Below are positions 26,813 through 35,500 of a DNA stretch of 39,587 nt, one piece after another. The DNA comes from Oscillospiraceae bacterium (GTDB taxonomy: Bacteria > Bacillota > Clostridia > Oscillospirales > Ruminococcaceae), in NCBI GenBank assembly GCA_029098085.1, contig JAQXNQ010000167.1, forward strand, positions 1-39,587. The letters are read 5' to 3'. Position 1 is the first letter of the stretch. Every line of letters begins with the position of its first letter. The notes under the pieces were generated by a model. It made no database searches. It had not been told where the DNA came from and saw nothing but the letters and a program-made list of their open reading frames with translations. The position numbers were made by a program, and so were the translations under genes.

Positions 26813-28201
26813 ATGTCAAACTATTCCCATGCTTTGGATGCCCACAGCCGTTTCTGGAAGGATCCCAACCGCCGCAATCCCGGCTGCTGCAGAAATTTTT
26901 ACCGCAAGCTGTGGCAGGGCATTCTGCAGGACTATGAAGAATTCGGCCGCTGTGAATACATCGAGCGGCTGCTGAGCAGGTCCATTGTCAGTATCACCCG
27001 AGTGGAATTCAGCATACTGACAGGGATGGCGAAGGAGGAACCGTTCCTTGATCCTGATAGCCTGGACCGCATCCCCCATATCATCTACAGAGATGGATGG
27101 GGTCAGCGCGACGTTTTCTGGGAAGAGGGCAGTCTCGTTCAGGCCGTTAAGGAAACAGACCTGCAGAACGCCGGTATCATCCGCACCCGGCTCCGCGCCC
27201 AGGCGGCCATCCGTGACAGCAGGATCGACATTCCCATCGGTGGAGATACCCCATCCGCACAGGTTCCTCCGGTGCAGAAGAAAGAGGAGCTTCAGACCCA
27301 ACAAATGATCCGGCAGGCCGAGGCCCAGGCTCAGCAGCTGCTGACTGAGGCCCGGCAGGAGGCCGAGCGCATCCGCGCCGAAGCCGAGGCTGAACGGGCA
27401 CGGCTGAATGCTGACCACGCCGCGCTGCTGGCTGAGGCCCGGCAGGAGGCTGACCGCATCCGCTCCGAAGCTGAGGCTGAACGGGTGCAGCTGAATGCTG
27501 ACCGCGCCGCATTGCTGGCCCAGGCCGACAGTCAGGCCAGACAGCAGGCCCGGAATCTCATCACGCAGCATCTGGCCGATTACCAGCGCCAGATGCGCCT
27601 TCAGTGGGATCGTGACACCGCCGAGGCTGAGCAGCAGGATACCCGGGCGACTCAGGAAATCGACAGCGCCCGCAAAGAAATGTGCGGTACCGTCAACGAC
27701 CTGAAGGTCAGTTGGCGCACCGATCTGGAAAAGGCCATTGAGGAGATGCGCGGACTGCAGACCCAGCTGGAAACCCGTCTGCGCGACTGGCAGCGGGCCC
27801 TGTATCCCCGCGAGTTTGAGCCGCTGGCCGATTGCTACGTTCAGCTGTACCGCATCGTCAATCAGGATCGCCTGCTGGCTGACGCATTGACCGCGGAACA
27901 GGGCGGCGGCAGCAACTATCAGCTGCTGGAACAGCTGAGCAGGTCGCTGTCTGTATTCCTGCGCAAATTTGCCAAAGCCATGGGCCGTCTGGGGCTGCAG
28001 GTGTATGTGCCTGCTGTGGGCGAGCCTTACGATGACGTGCTGCAGGCACCGGACGGCGATGAGCCTGACGATGCGTTTGACAGGACCGTGGCGGAATGTC
28101 TGGTGCCCGGTGTGGTGTACCAGCTGGAAGGCAAACAGGAAGAGGGCGATCCGATCATTCGCGCCGTTGTGCGCCTTGCGCCCGGATCCGGGGAGGAGTA
28201 A
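26813..28201 (+). CDS. Coiled-coil protein with a GrpE-like C-terminal domain (putative nucleotide-exchange factor for the Hsp70 pair)
   Basis: The central part is an E/A/R/Q-rich coiled coil. The C-terminus reads ..FLRKFAKAMGRLGLQVYVPAVGEPYDDVLQAP....VAECLVPGVVYQ....IIRAVVRLA. This parallels the E. coli GrpE pattern (..VVRKFGVEVI...PLDPNVHQAI....V..V.QKGY.LNGR.IRAAMV.V), recalled from memory. Confidence 0.6.
   Translation: MSNYSHALDAHSRFWKDPNRRNPGCCRNFYRKLWQGILQDYEEFGRCEYIERLLSRSIVSITRVEFSILTGMAKEEPFLDPDSLDRIPHIIYRDGWGQRDVFWEEGSLVQAVKETDLQNAGIIRTRLRAQAAIRDSRIDIPIGGDTPSAQVPPVQKKEELQTQQMIRQAEAQAQQLLTEARQEAERIRAEAEAERARLNADHAALLAEARQEADRIRSEAEAERVQLNADRAALLAQADSQARQQARNLITQHLADYQRQMRLQWDRDTAEAEQQDTRATQEIDSARKEMCGTVNDLKVSWRTDLEKAIEEMRGLQTQLETRLRDWQRALYPREFEPLADCYVQLYRIVNQDRLLADALTAEQGGGSNYQLLEQLSRSLSVFLRKFAKAMGRLGLQVYVPAVGEPYDDVLQAPDGDEPDDAFDRTVAECLVPGVVYQLEGKQEEGDPIIRAVVRLAPGSGEE
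27347..27520 (+). repeat. Tandem 87-nt (29-aa) duplication inside the GrpE-like coiled coil
   Basis: Nt 27347-27433 encode EARQEAERIRAEAEAERARLNADHAALLA. Nt 27434-27520 encode EARQEADRIRSEAEAERVQLNADRAALLA. Confidence 0.9.
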
Positions 28202-28204
28202 GTT

Positions 28205-29161
28205 ATGGCATATTCCGGTTATCAGGCTGCGGCCCTGTACGACTTTACCCATCATATGCGGCAGGACAACCTGTCCTTCCCGGTTACCGAGCTGGTGATC
28301 GATGCCGACCGGTGTGCCCTGGGAATCTGCCGCTGTGACGAGGGCGGCGGCATCGCTTTGCTGGAGCAGGCGGAATTGTCCCAGCCCGCGCCGCTGGATC
28401 AGCTCTGGCTGGAGCAGATTGCTGCCGGCTGCGGCGTTTCCGCCCGGGAGGCGGCCGGCCTGCCGGATGAGGCGCAGGCCCAGACCCGTTTGTGGAACTA
28501 CTACTGCGCCGGACGGCGCTCCGACGCTCCCGCCTTTTCGCTGCCGGACGGCCGCACCCTTTGCTGCAGCCAGCTGGATGCAGCTTTTGCTCCGGTGCAG
28601 GCACTGCTGGATCAGCTGTTGGAACAGGGGCTGCAGCTGCTGGAGCGGCTGCACATCCCCGAAGAGCAGCTGCGCATCCTGACTGTTGGCCGGATGGCCG
28701 ACTGCGCGCCTGTCCGGCTGACACTGCGCGGGCAGCTGTGCTTTGACCCCTTCCTGCCGGATGACCGCTTCGTGGCTCTGCGGGCAGACGAGGATCCCGG
28801 CCGCATCGTGGAGGAGGGAATGCGGCTGCACCAGCAGACCCAGATGATAGGGATCGAGCTGGATCTGCTCTGCACCGACGCTTCCGGTGCAGAGGAGGTT
28901 CTCTGTCTGGCCCGGAGCCAGCAGCTGGCCTCCGCCCTGTCCGATCCCCATTACTGTCCGCCGGTTTTTGTGTCGGCGTCCGAGCCGCTGCGCTTCCGTA
29001 CGGGCGGCCGGGTATGGGAGCAGCCGCTGCCCTACGCAATCGGCCCGCTGGACGGTGACCTGGTGGAGGCAGCCTGCGTTGTGCGGGCCGGCCGGCCGCT
29101 GATTCTGCTGCGCCGAACCCTCGCCCCCACCCGGGTTTATGAGGTGCAACCGCAACTGTGA
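28205..29161 (+). CDS. Hypothetical protein (possibly a degenerate actin-fold/ASKHA-like domain; weak)
   Basis: ATG lies 6 nt after GGAGGAG and 3 nt after the upstream TAA. LVIDADRCALGICRCDEGGG is reminiscent of a phosphate-1 hairpin. RILTVGRMADCAPVRLTL is reminiscent of the Hsp70 adenosine motif. No confident family assignment. Confidence 0.6.
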   Translation: MAYSGYQAAALYDFTHHMRQDNLSFPVTELVIDADRCALGICRCDEGGGIALLEQAELSQPAPLDQLWLEQIAAGCGVSAREAAGLPDEAQAQTRLWNYYCAGRRSDAPAFSLPDGRTLCCSQLDAAFAPVQALLDQLLEQGLQLLERLHIPEEQLRILTVGRMADCAPVRLTLRGQLCFDPFLPDDRFVALRADEDPGRIVEEGMRLHQQTQMIGIELDLLCTDASGAEEVLCLARSQQLASALSDPHYCPPVFVSASEPLRFRTGGRVWEQPLPYAIGPLDGDLVEAACVVRAGRPLILLRRTLAPTRVYEVQPQL

Positions 29162-29175
29162 AGGGAGAAACCAAC

Positions 29176-30390
29176 ATGAATAACCGTCAAAAAAAGCTCC
29201 TGAGCCAGCAGCTTCTGGCTCAGGCCAAGGCGCTGGAGCAGCAGGAGGGCCCCCAGCTGGCTGTTTCGGTGACCGCCGCCTGCAGCGCGCTCCTGAAGGC
29301 GGCGAGTGCTGACGTTGAAACGATGGATCCGGCGTCTTTTGAGAATCTCTACGCCAGTTTTTCCCGTCTTGCCCAGCAGACCGAGGCGTTCTTTGAGGGC
29401 GCTCAGGTCCGGCTGCAGGCCGGGGTGCAGACTCCCGGGCAGGAGCTGTCTGACAAACGGCAGCAGGTCGAACAGCTGCGCGCCCGGTTGGAGGCGGCTG
29501 ACCAGGCCGTTCAGGAGCTGGAACACCGACTGGCTGATGACCGGGCCCGGCTGGAAGAGGCTCAGAAACGGATGACCGACGCAGAGGAAGCCCACAGCGC
29601 CCTGTGCAGGCTGCTTGACGACTGCTCGGACGAAAAGATCGCAGCCCGGCTGGCCGGGAACGAACAGCTCAAAGAGCGCTTTGCCGAGGCCAACCTGCGT
29701 ATGCACACCCTGACTAACGAACATGACCGGCTGCTCCGGCAGCTCCATGAGATCGAAGCCGACATGGAAAAGATACCCCAGCAAAACCGCGAGCTGGTGG
29801 AGCGCTGCGGCGAACAGGAAAAGCTTCTGGAGCGCCTGCGCAATGCTTTTGAAATCTACAGTCCTGAAAAGCAGGCTGAACTCCAGAAGGAGATTGACAC
29901 GCTGAGCGCGTCGGTGGAGGAAAACCAGCAGGCGGCGCAGCTGCTGAAGAGCCGTCTGGATGATCTGCAGGCTCAGCACACGGAATATGATGCCGCCCGC
30001 CAGACCCTCAGCACCAACCTTCTGGATTTGCTGCAGCGCTCGATGGGCGATTTGCAGACCGCGCTGGATGACCACGAAGAAAAGCTGAGCACCATCCGCA
30101 CCCAGGCCGAGACCCTGACCGGCCGGCTTGCCGCCTGTCTGGAGACCCGCCGCCGCTGCAGCGACTGGCTGGATGCCGACATCACGCCGCTGGAGGCGAT
30201 GATCCGGGCGGTGGACCGGCCCGAGGCCGCCGAGCTGCGCCGGACGCTGGATCCCGGCAGCATCCATCAGGTTCAGCAGTTGTACACAGAGATCGAGCAG
30301 CGGCTGCAGCAGCTGGACGACATCCTGAGAAAATGCACCGATGCTGTGCGTTTGGATCAGGGTGCGCTGGATAAGCTGGCTCGCCGCTGA
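29176..30390 (+). CDS. Long coiled-coil protein (hypothetical)
   Basis: ATG 29176 lies 8 nt after GGGAGA. The approximately 400-aa product is Q/E/L/R/A-rich with heptad character throughout (for example QVEQLRARLEAADQAVQELEHRLADDRARLEEAQKRM). Stop is TGA. Confidence 0.7.
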   Translation: MNNRQKKLLSQQLLAQAKALEQQEGPQLAVSVTAACSALLKAASADVETMDPASFENLYASFSRLAQQTEAFFEGAQVRLQAGVQTPGQELSDKRQQVEQLRARLEAADQAVQELEHRLADDRARLEEAQKRMTDAEEAHSALCRLLDDCSDEKIAARLAGNEQLKERFAEANLRMHTLTNEHDRLLRQLHEIEADMEKIPQQNRELVERCGEQEKLLERLRNAFEIYSPEKQAELQKEIDTLSASVEENQQAAQLLKSRLDDLQAQHTEYDAARQTLSTNLLDLLQRSMGDLQTALDDHEEKLSTIRTQAETLTGRLAACLETRRRCSDWLDADITPLEAMIRAVDRPEAAELRRTLDPGSIHQVQQLYTEIEQRLQQLDDILRKCTDAVRLDQGALDKLARR

Positions 30391-30414
30391 CACGCCGGAA
30401 AGCAGGAGAAGGGC

Positions 30415-31011
30415 ATGAGCATCATCTACTATCACATGAAAGAGCCGGCTGTGGATGTTCTGGGCCCCGGCAGGCGGTTCGTGCTGTGGGTGCAGGGCTG
30501 TCACAAAAACTGCCCCGGCTGTGTGGCGGGCGGTACCCACCGCATGGAGGACGGCAAGCCGGTTCAGACCGACGCGCTGGCCTGGGAGATTGCTCTTTCG
30601 GGGGCGGAGGGGCTGACCATCAGCGGGGGCGAGCCGTTTTTGCAGGCTCCCGCGCTGGCCCAGCTGCTTCAGGCGGTGCACCGCATCCGCCCGATGGGGG
30701 TCATCGTCTACACCGGCTACCGGTATGAGGAATTGCTGGCCATGCCGCAGGCAGCCGGGCTGCTTGCGCAGACCGACCTTCTGATCGACGGCGAGTACAT
30801 CCAGTCCCTCGACGACCACCGGGGTCTGCGGGGCTCGTCCAACCAGCGGGTGATCCCGCTTTCTGATGTTTATCGTGAAATCGCCCGCCAGTATGCGGAT
30901 ATCCCGCGCAGACAGCAGGTCTTTTATCATGGGGCGGAGATCCATGAGGTGGGTCTGCCCGACGAACATGGAGCCTATCCCGAGCAGGAGAAAAGGAGCG
31001 TTACAAAATGA
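30415..31011 (+). CDS. Radical SAM protein of the anaerobic RNR-activase (NrdG-like, 4Fe-4S single-cluster) type
   Basis: VLWVQGCHKNCPGC gives a CxxxCxxC motif (nt 30499-30522). A LTISGGEPF SAM-binding motif is present. The size (198 aa) and the tail ..IDGEY......GLRGSSNQRV fit the small glycyl-radical activase family. Its stop overlaps the next start (ATGA). Confidence 0.8.
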   Translation: MSIIYYHMKEPAVDVLGPGRRFVLWVQGCHKNCPGCVAGGTHRMEDGKPVQTDALAWEIALSGAEGLTISGGEPFLQAPALAQLLQAVHRIRPMGVIVYTGYRYEELLAMPQAAGLLAQTDLLIDGEYIQSLDDHRGLRGSSNQRVIPLSDVYREIARQYADIPRRQQVFYHGAEIHEVGLPDEHGAYPEQEKRSVTK

Positions 31012-32543
31012 GTGGAAGAAAAACAACCTATACCAGCATCAGCGTGGATGAACTGATCCGCCTTCGCCGTCAGGCCTGCCAGGCCTCCAGCCTGTCCCAG
31101 TGTAATCAGGCGCTGCAGCAGCTCGCCGAGCGCAGCGAACAGCTGATGCGCCAGCAGCAGAGCCGCATCGACAGCCTGAACTCCACCATCAACGGCCTCA
31201 ACCGCACCATAGCCAGTCAGGACGCCGCCGCCAGCCGTGAACGCCAGCAGCTGCGCACCCAGCTTCAGACTACGATTCAAAACACCAATCAGGCGCTTCA
31301 GCAGATGGCTGCCCGCAGCCAGCAGCAGATGCAGGAGCTGAGCCAGCAGTTCCGGCAGGATCTGGCCGCCCATCGGACCGACACCGCCCGCGCCATCGAG
31401 GAGAGCAACCGGCGGATGGATCAGGCTCTCCAGTCGGCTGTTTCCTCGCTGGAAAGCCAGATCGGCACCGTCAGCAGCCGGATGGACCGGATGGAACAGG
31501 ATCTGGCCGACAGCGCCCGCCGGGTGGGCATCCTGTTCAATTCCAACGCTTCGCTGCTGGAGCTGGCCCGCGAATACGCCGATGTGGCCCGCACCATCGC
31601 CGATGATACCGCCCGCAATTTCCGCACCGAACTGCTGCTGCCCGGACGGCTGGAGCAGGTGCAGGAGCTGCTGCGCACGGCCGATCAGGACATCCGCGAC
31701 GCCGACGGAAAATTCCCCACCAACGCCCCGGTGGCCCGTCAGAGCGCCCGCACCGCCGCCACCGCCGCCATGCAGCTCCATGAGGATATGGTGCGTGCCG
31801 AACAGGCCTGGCAGGCCCGCTATCAGGCTGCCGTTCAGGCCCTGAACGCCGCCGAGGCTCAGATCGAGGCCTGTCGCCGTATCCGGTTCCCCGGTGAAAC
31901 CGCTGAGATCGACGTGGATCGCTGGAGCAACGGCGATCTGTCTGCGCTCAGCACCCGTCAGGCCGCTCTGCGGGGCCAGCTGAACAATGCCGACGGTCTG
32001 TCTGTCGAGGCGCTGGACGGCATCCGACAGGCCGGCGCCCAGCTGGCCAGCGAGGTGCTGGAAACCTCTGAATTTGCTGCCATCGCCTTTGGCGCCAGCC
32101 AGGACCGGGCCGATGTGGCACAGGATGTGGCCGACTCCATGCGGGAGTCTCTGGGTCTGATGATCGTGGATCACGGCTTCCAGAGCGGCGATCAGCGCGC
32201 CGCCCACCGCATCCACCTGAAAAATCCCCACACCGGCTTTGAAATGGTTGTTACCCAGTATCCCGAGACCGGCCCCGACGGCGTGGTGGGCAACCGGCTG
32301 GAATCCGACATTCTGGATTACGGCACCAACAACGAGCAGGAGGGCGACCGGATCGCCTACCAGGCACTGAGCGCTCTGTCCGGTCTGGGGCTGTGCCAGC
32401 AGACGGTGCAGACGGTGCCCGGCTATGAAAACTGTCCCTCCGACCGCCGCCAGCAGACCGATATGGCTGCCTGGCGCCATCAAGAGGCCGAGCTGCCCTG
32501 CCCGGTACACACCCAGCCCGCTGGTCAGACTGCCGTCAACTGA
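31008..32543 (+). CDS. Coiled-coil protein with a globular C-terminal domain (hypothetical)
   Basis: ATG lies 9 nt after AAAGGAG and overlaps the upstream TGA. The N-terminal approximately 290 aa are a Q/R/A/L-rich coiled coil. The C-terminal approximately 200 aa are non-repetitive (..MIVDHGFQSGDQRAAHRIHLKNPHTGFEMVVTQYPE..). Confidence 0.7.
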   Translation: MSGRKTTYTSISVDELIRLRRQACQASSLSQCNQALQQLAERSEQLMRQQQSRIDSLNSTINGLNRTIASQDAAASRERQQLRTQLQTTIQNTNQALQQMAARSQQQMQELSQQFRQDLAAHRTDTARAIEESNRRMDQALQSAVSSLESQIGTVSSRMDRMEQDLADSARRVGILFNSNASLLELAREYADVARTIADDTARNFRTELLLPGRLEQVQELLRTADQDIRDADGKFPTNAPVARQSARTAATAAMQLHEDMVRAEQAWQARYQAAVQALNAAEAQIEACRRIRFPGETAEIDVDRWSNGDLSALSTRQAALRGQLNNADGLSVEALDGIRQAGAQLASEVLETSEFAAIAFGASQDRADVAQDVADSMRESLGLMIVDHGFQSGDQRAAHRIHLKNPHTGFEMVVTQYPETGPDGVVGNRLESDILDYGTNNEQEGDRIAYQALSALSGLGLCQQTVQTVPGYENCPSDRRQQTDMAAWRHQEAELPCPVHTQPAGQTAVN

Positions 32544-32573
32544 CCTTTCACATTCTACCAATAAGGTGATCGC

Positions 32574-35500
32574 ATGCTTAGCAGAAATAATTCTTATTTT
32601 GATCCGCAGCTGTGCATCGACGGGCACTACATCATCACCGGGCGGACAAACGACCGCTTCTGCAGTGACACCCTGGAACTCACTGACATCCTGCCGGTTC
32701 TTCACCATTATCTGCTGTACGAGCAGGGATTCGACGCGGTGTTTTTTCTGGATAACGAGAATATGCTGTTCTGTCTGGATCGGCATTCCTTCGATGTACT
32801 GACCCTGCCGCCGGACGCCCCGGAGGCAGGTGCGGTACGGACCGGTGCGGTGAGTGCCGATGGCCCTTTGGGACGGCGCCGCCGCCGGAATGCCGCGCCG
32901 GAGGCTGCTGCCGGTCGGCAGCAGGACGCCGCCCGTCCGCTGAATATGGGCCGTATGTCGCTGCAGAGCGCCTGGCAGCAGGTGTCGGGTGTGATGAAGC
33001 ATACCGAAGCCCGCTGCGCGCTGGTGATCTCAAACGCCAATATGATGAAGGGCGGCGAGCAGCTGCTACTGGAACTGTCCTCCTTTTACAGCACCAACCA
33101 CAGCGTTGTGCTCTATCTGTTCCGCGAAACCACCCTGAACAACGTGGCTGAGTGGACCACCTTCGCCCGCAATGTGCTGCTGCCCCGCATCACCACCACC
33201 GACCCCATTGCCAACCGGGTGATTTCGCTGTCCTCGCCCAACAGCCGGGAGGTGCGCAATCTCCTGAATCGGCTGCGGTTTGACCCTGGCACCCCGGTGC
33301 CGGTGCAGGCCGGCGACATCCCGGAGCTTGGCAGCATTCTGGCTGCCAGCTGTGCGCGCAATAACTGGGGACTGGTGGATCTGCTCGGCCGGCTGTACGG
33401 TTACGCGTCTGCCCATCCCGACCGGACGCTGACGCTGGATAACTGGCGGGAATACACCGAGGAGACCTCCTACCGCTCGGCTATGGAAGAGCTGGAAGCG
33501 ATGGTGGGACAGGAAAAGGTCAAGCAGCAGCTGCGCGCCATGCGGGCCGACCAGGAGTGCCGGGGCGAGATGCGCATCGAGCCCCTGTCCTCCAGCCGCT
33601 TTGCCCCTCTGCCGGTGTACAACCGGCGGCTGGGCCACAGTCTGAATGTGCGCCTGAAGGGCAGCGCCGGCACCGGCAAGACCACCATCGCCCAGGTTAT
33701 CGGCCGGATCTATTATGATCTGGGGCTCCTGTCCCGGTCGTATGTGCGGGAGTGCAGCGCCGCCGACCTGGTGTCGGGTTATGTCAACCACACGGCTGAG
33801 CAGGTCCGCCAGCTGGTGCAGGAGGCCATGGGCGGCGTGCTGTTCATCGATGAAGCCTATGCACTGATGGACGGCCAGCACGGCCAGGAGGCCATCAACC
33901 AGCTCGTGCACGATATGTCCGCTTACGAAGGGCAGTTCGCCGTGATTCTGGCGGGCTATTCCCACCAGATCGACCAGCTGATGCGCACCAACGAAGGACT
34001 GTCCAGCCGGTTTCCCAACGAGTATGTGCTGGAGGACTACACTCCTGCTGAGATGCAGGCCATCTTTCGCCGGATGGCCGCCCGCGAGCTGCCGCCCGTC
34101 ACCTTCAGCCCGTCGCTGGAAGCGCGGATGGACGACTTTTTTGAGACCTGGGTGAGCGGCAGGGGGCCGAACTGGGGCAATGCCCGTGAATGCCAGAACC
34201 TGCTTCCCGAGATGAAAAAGCTGTGCAGCCTCCGCGAGGCGGCCCTGCAGGTGCGCGGCCGCAGCTACTGCCTTACGGAAGCGGATGTTCCCGAACGGCT
34301 GCGCCACTGTCTGGAGCCCCGCAGCAACGGCCCCAGTGAGACCATGGCCCGGATCGATGCAATGATCGGACTTGGCGGCATCAAGCGGTTTTTGCGCCAT
34401 CTCGTCCAGCGCATCCTGATGGGCGAACGGGAACAGGGCCCCGGCAACTTCATCTTCTTCGGCCCTCCGGGCACCGGCAAGACCACCGTGGCCCGCCAGA
34501 TGGGCGAGCTGCTGGGGCTGCTGAGGGTACTGCCCCGGCGCCATGTGGTCGAGTGCCGCGCTGCCGATCTGCTGAACGGCTCGGTGCAGCTCAGCGAAGC
34601 GGTGGAGTCTGCCCGCGGCGGCGTGTTCTTTCTGGACGAAGCCCATCAGCTGGCTGAAACAGACCATGGTCAGCAGATCATCCGGGCGCTGGTGCCGCTG
34701 GTGGAGGATCCGGATATCCGGGCGGACACCTGCTTCATCTGCGCGGGCTATGCGGACAGAATGCGTCATTTCCTGTCGGCAGACGCCGGCATGAACCGGC
34801 GTTTCCCGCTGCAGAACCGCATCCGGTTTTACGACTATACCGCCGAAGAGCTGGTGCAGATTCTGGAAAAGATGGCCCGTGACCGCGGCCAGGAGCCCGA
34901 TGAGGAATACCTGCAGCGGTCGCTGGCGGCGCTGGACGCGTATATGCCGCGCCGGCCTGCCGATTTCGGCAACGCCGGATTTATCCGGGACACCTTCCTG
35001 CCCGGATCCATCGATGCCCGTACCCGTCGGCTGAATATCCAGATAACCGGTTCACCCGACGCCATCGCCACCGACGAGCAGCTGGCATCGCTGACCGAAC
35101 AGGACCGCAGGCGGCTCACCGCCTTCGACCTGCCCGAAGACTTTGCCCGGATGGCCGGCCCGGTGGGACGCCGCCCGTCCGCCCGCCTGTCTGCCTGGCA
35201 GCGGGTGCAGGCTCTGCTGGGCAAGGACGAGATCATCAGCTTTGCCCGCGCCCGGGCGTTCGGCAGCGGTGAACGGCAGTTTTTTGACGCACAGACTCAG
35301 GGAGGCCTGCACTATGCCATCACCGGTCCGTCCGGCTGCGGCCGTCACACGGCGGTTCGGGCACTGGCCGCCCTGTGGAGGGAGGCCGGCCTGCTGGAGC
35401 GCGATGACGTGATCTTTGCCGGCAACGGCGACCTGGTGGCCGGCTATGTGGGCCAGACCGCCGGCAAGACGCAGCGGGTGATTGAGCAGGCGGTTGGCGG

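Noticed and set aside
26816-29155. A very long antisense ORF (779 aa, minus strand). Similar long shadow ORFs occur at 7497-8897(-), 11800-13941(-), 14886-16043(-), 18374-20062(+), 21365-22654(+), 25140-26819(-), 29137-31026(-), 30975-33002(-), 33066-34769(-), 35052-37679(-) and 37504-38742(-).
   Set aside because: These are typical stop-poor antisense frames of GC-rich coding DNA. Their products are Arg/Gly/Ala/Pro/Gln-rich and have no recognisable motifs or RBSs. The opposite strand encodes proteins with clear domains, good RBSs and operon-consistent spacing.
33408-33425. HPD tripeptides were considered as possible J-domain signatures. One is in the giant protein (YASAHPDRTL, aa 280-284) and one is in Hsp70-like A (KVSHPDQEAP).
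   Set aside because: The surrounding sequence lacks the basic helix II / helix III pattern of a J-domain as far as I can judge by eye. One of the two sits inside an SBD-beta-like region. This needs an HMM search and is not reported as a feature.
33765-33800. DLVSGYVN (aa 398-405) and DLVAGYVG (aa 953-960, nt about 35430) in the giant protein resemble the glycyl-radical signature RV(S/A)GY. If real, that would have given the NrdG-like activase a substrate.
   Set aside because: The essential Arg is Leu in both copies. In addition, dLVxGYvGqTA is the conserved SpoVK/CbbX-family motif located between Walker A and Walker B, so the AAA+ family itself explains the resemblance.
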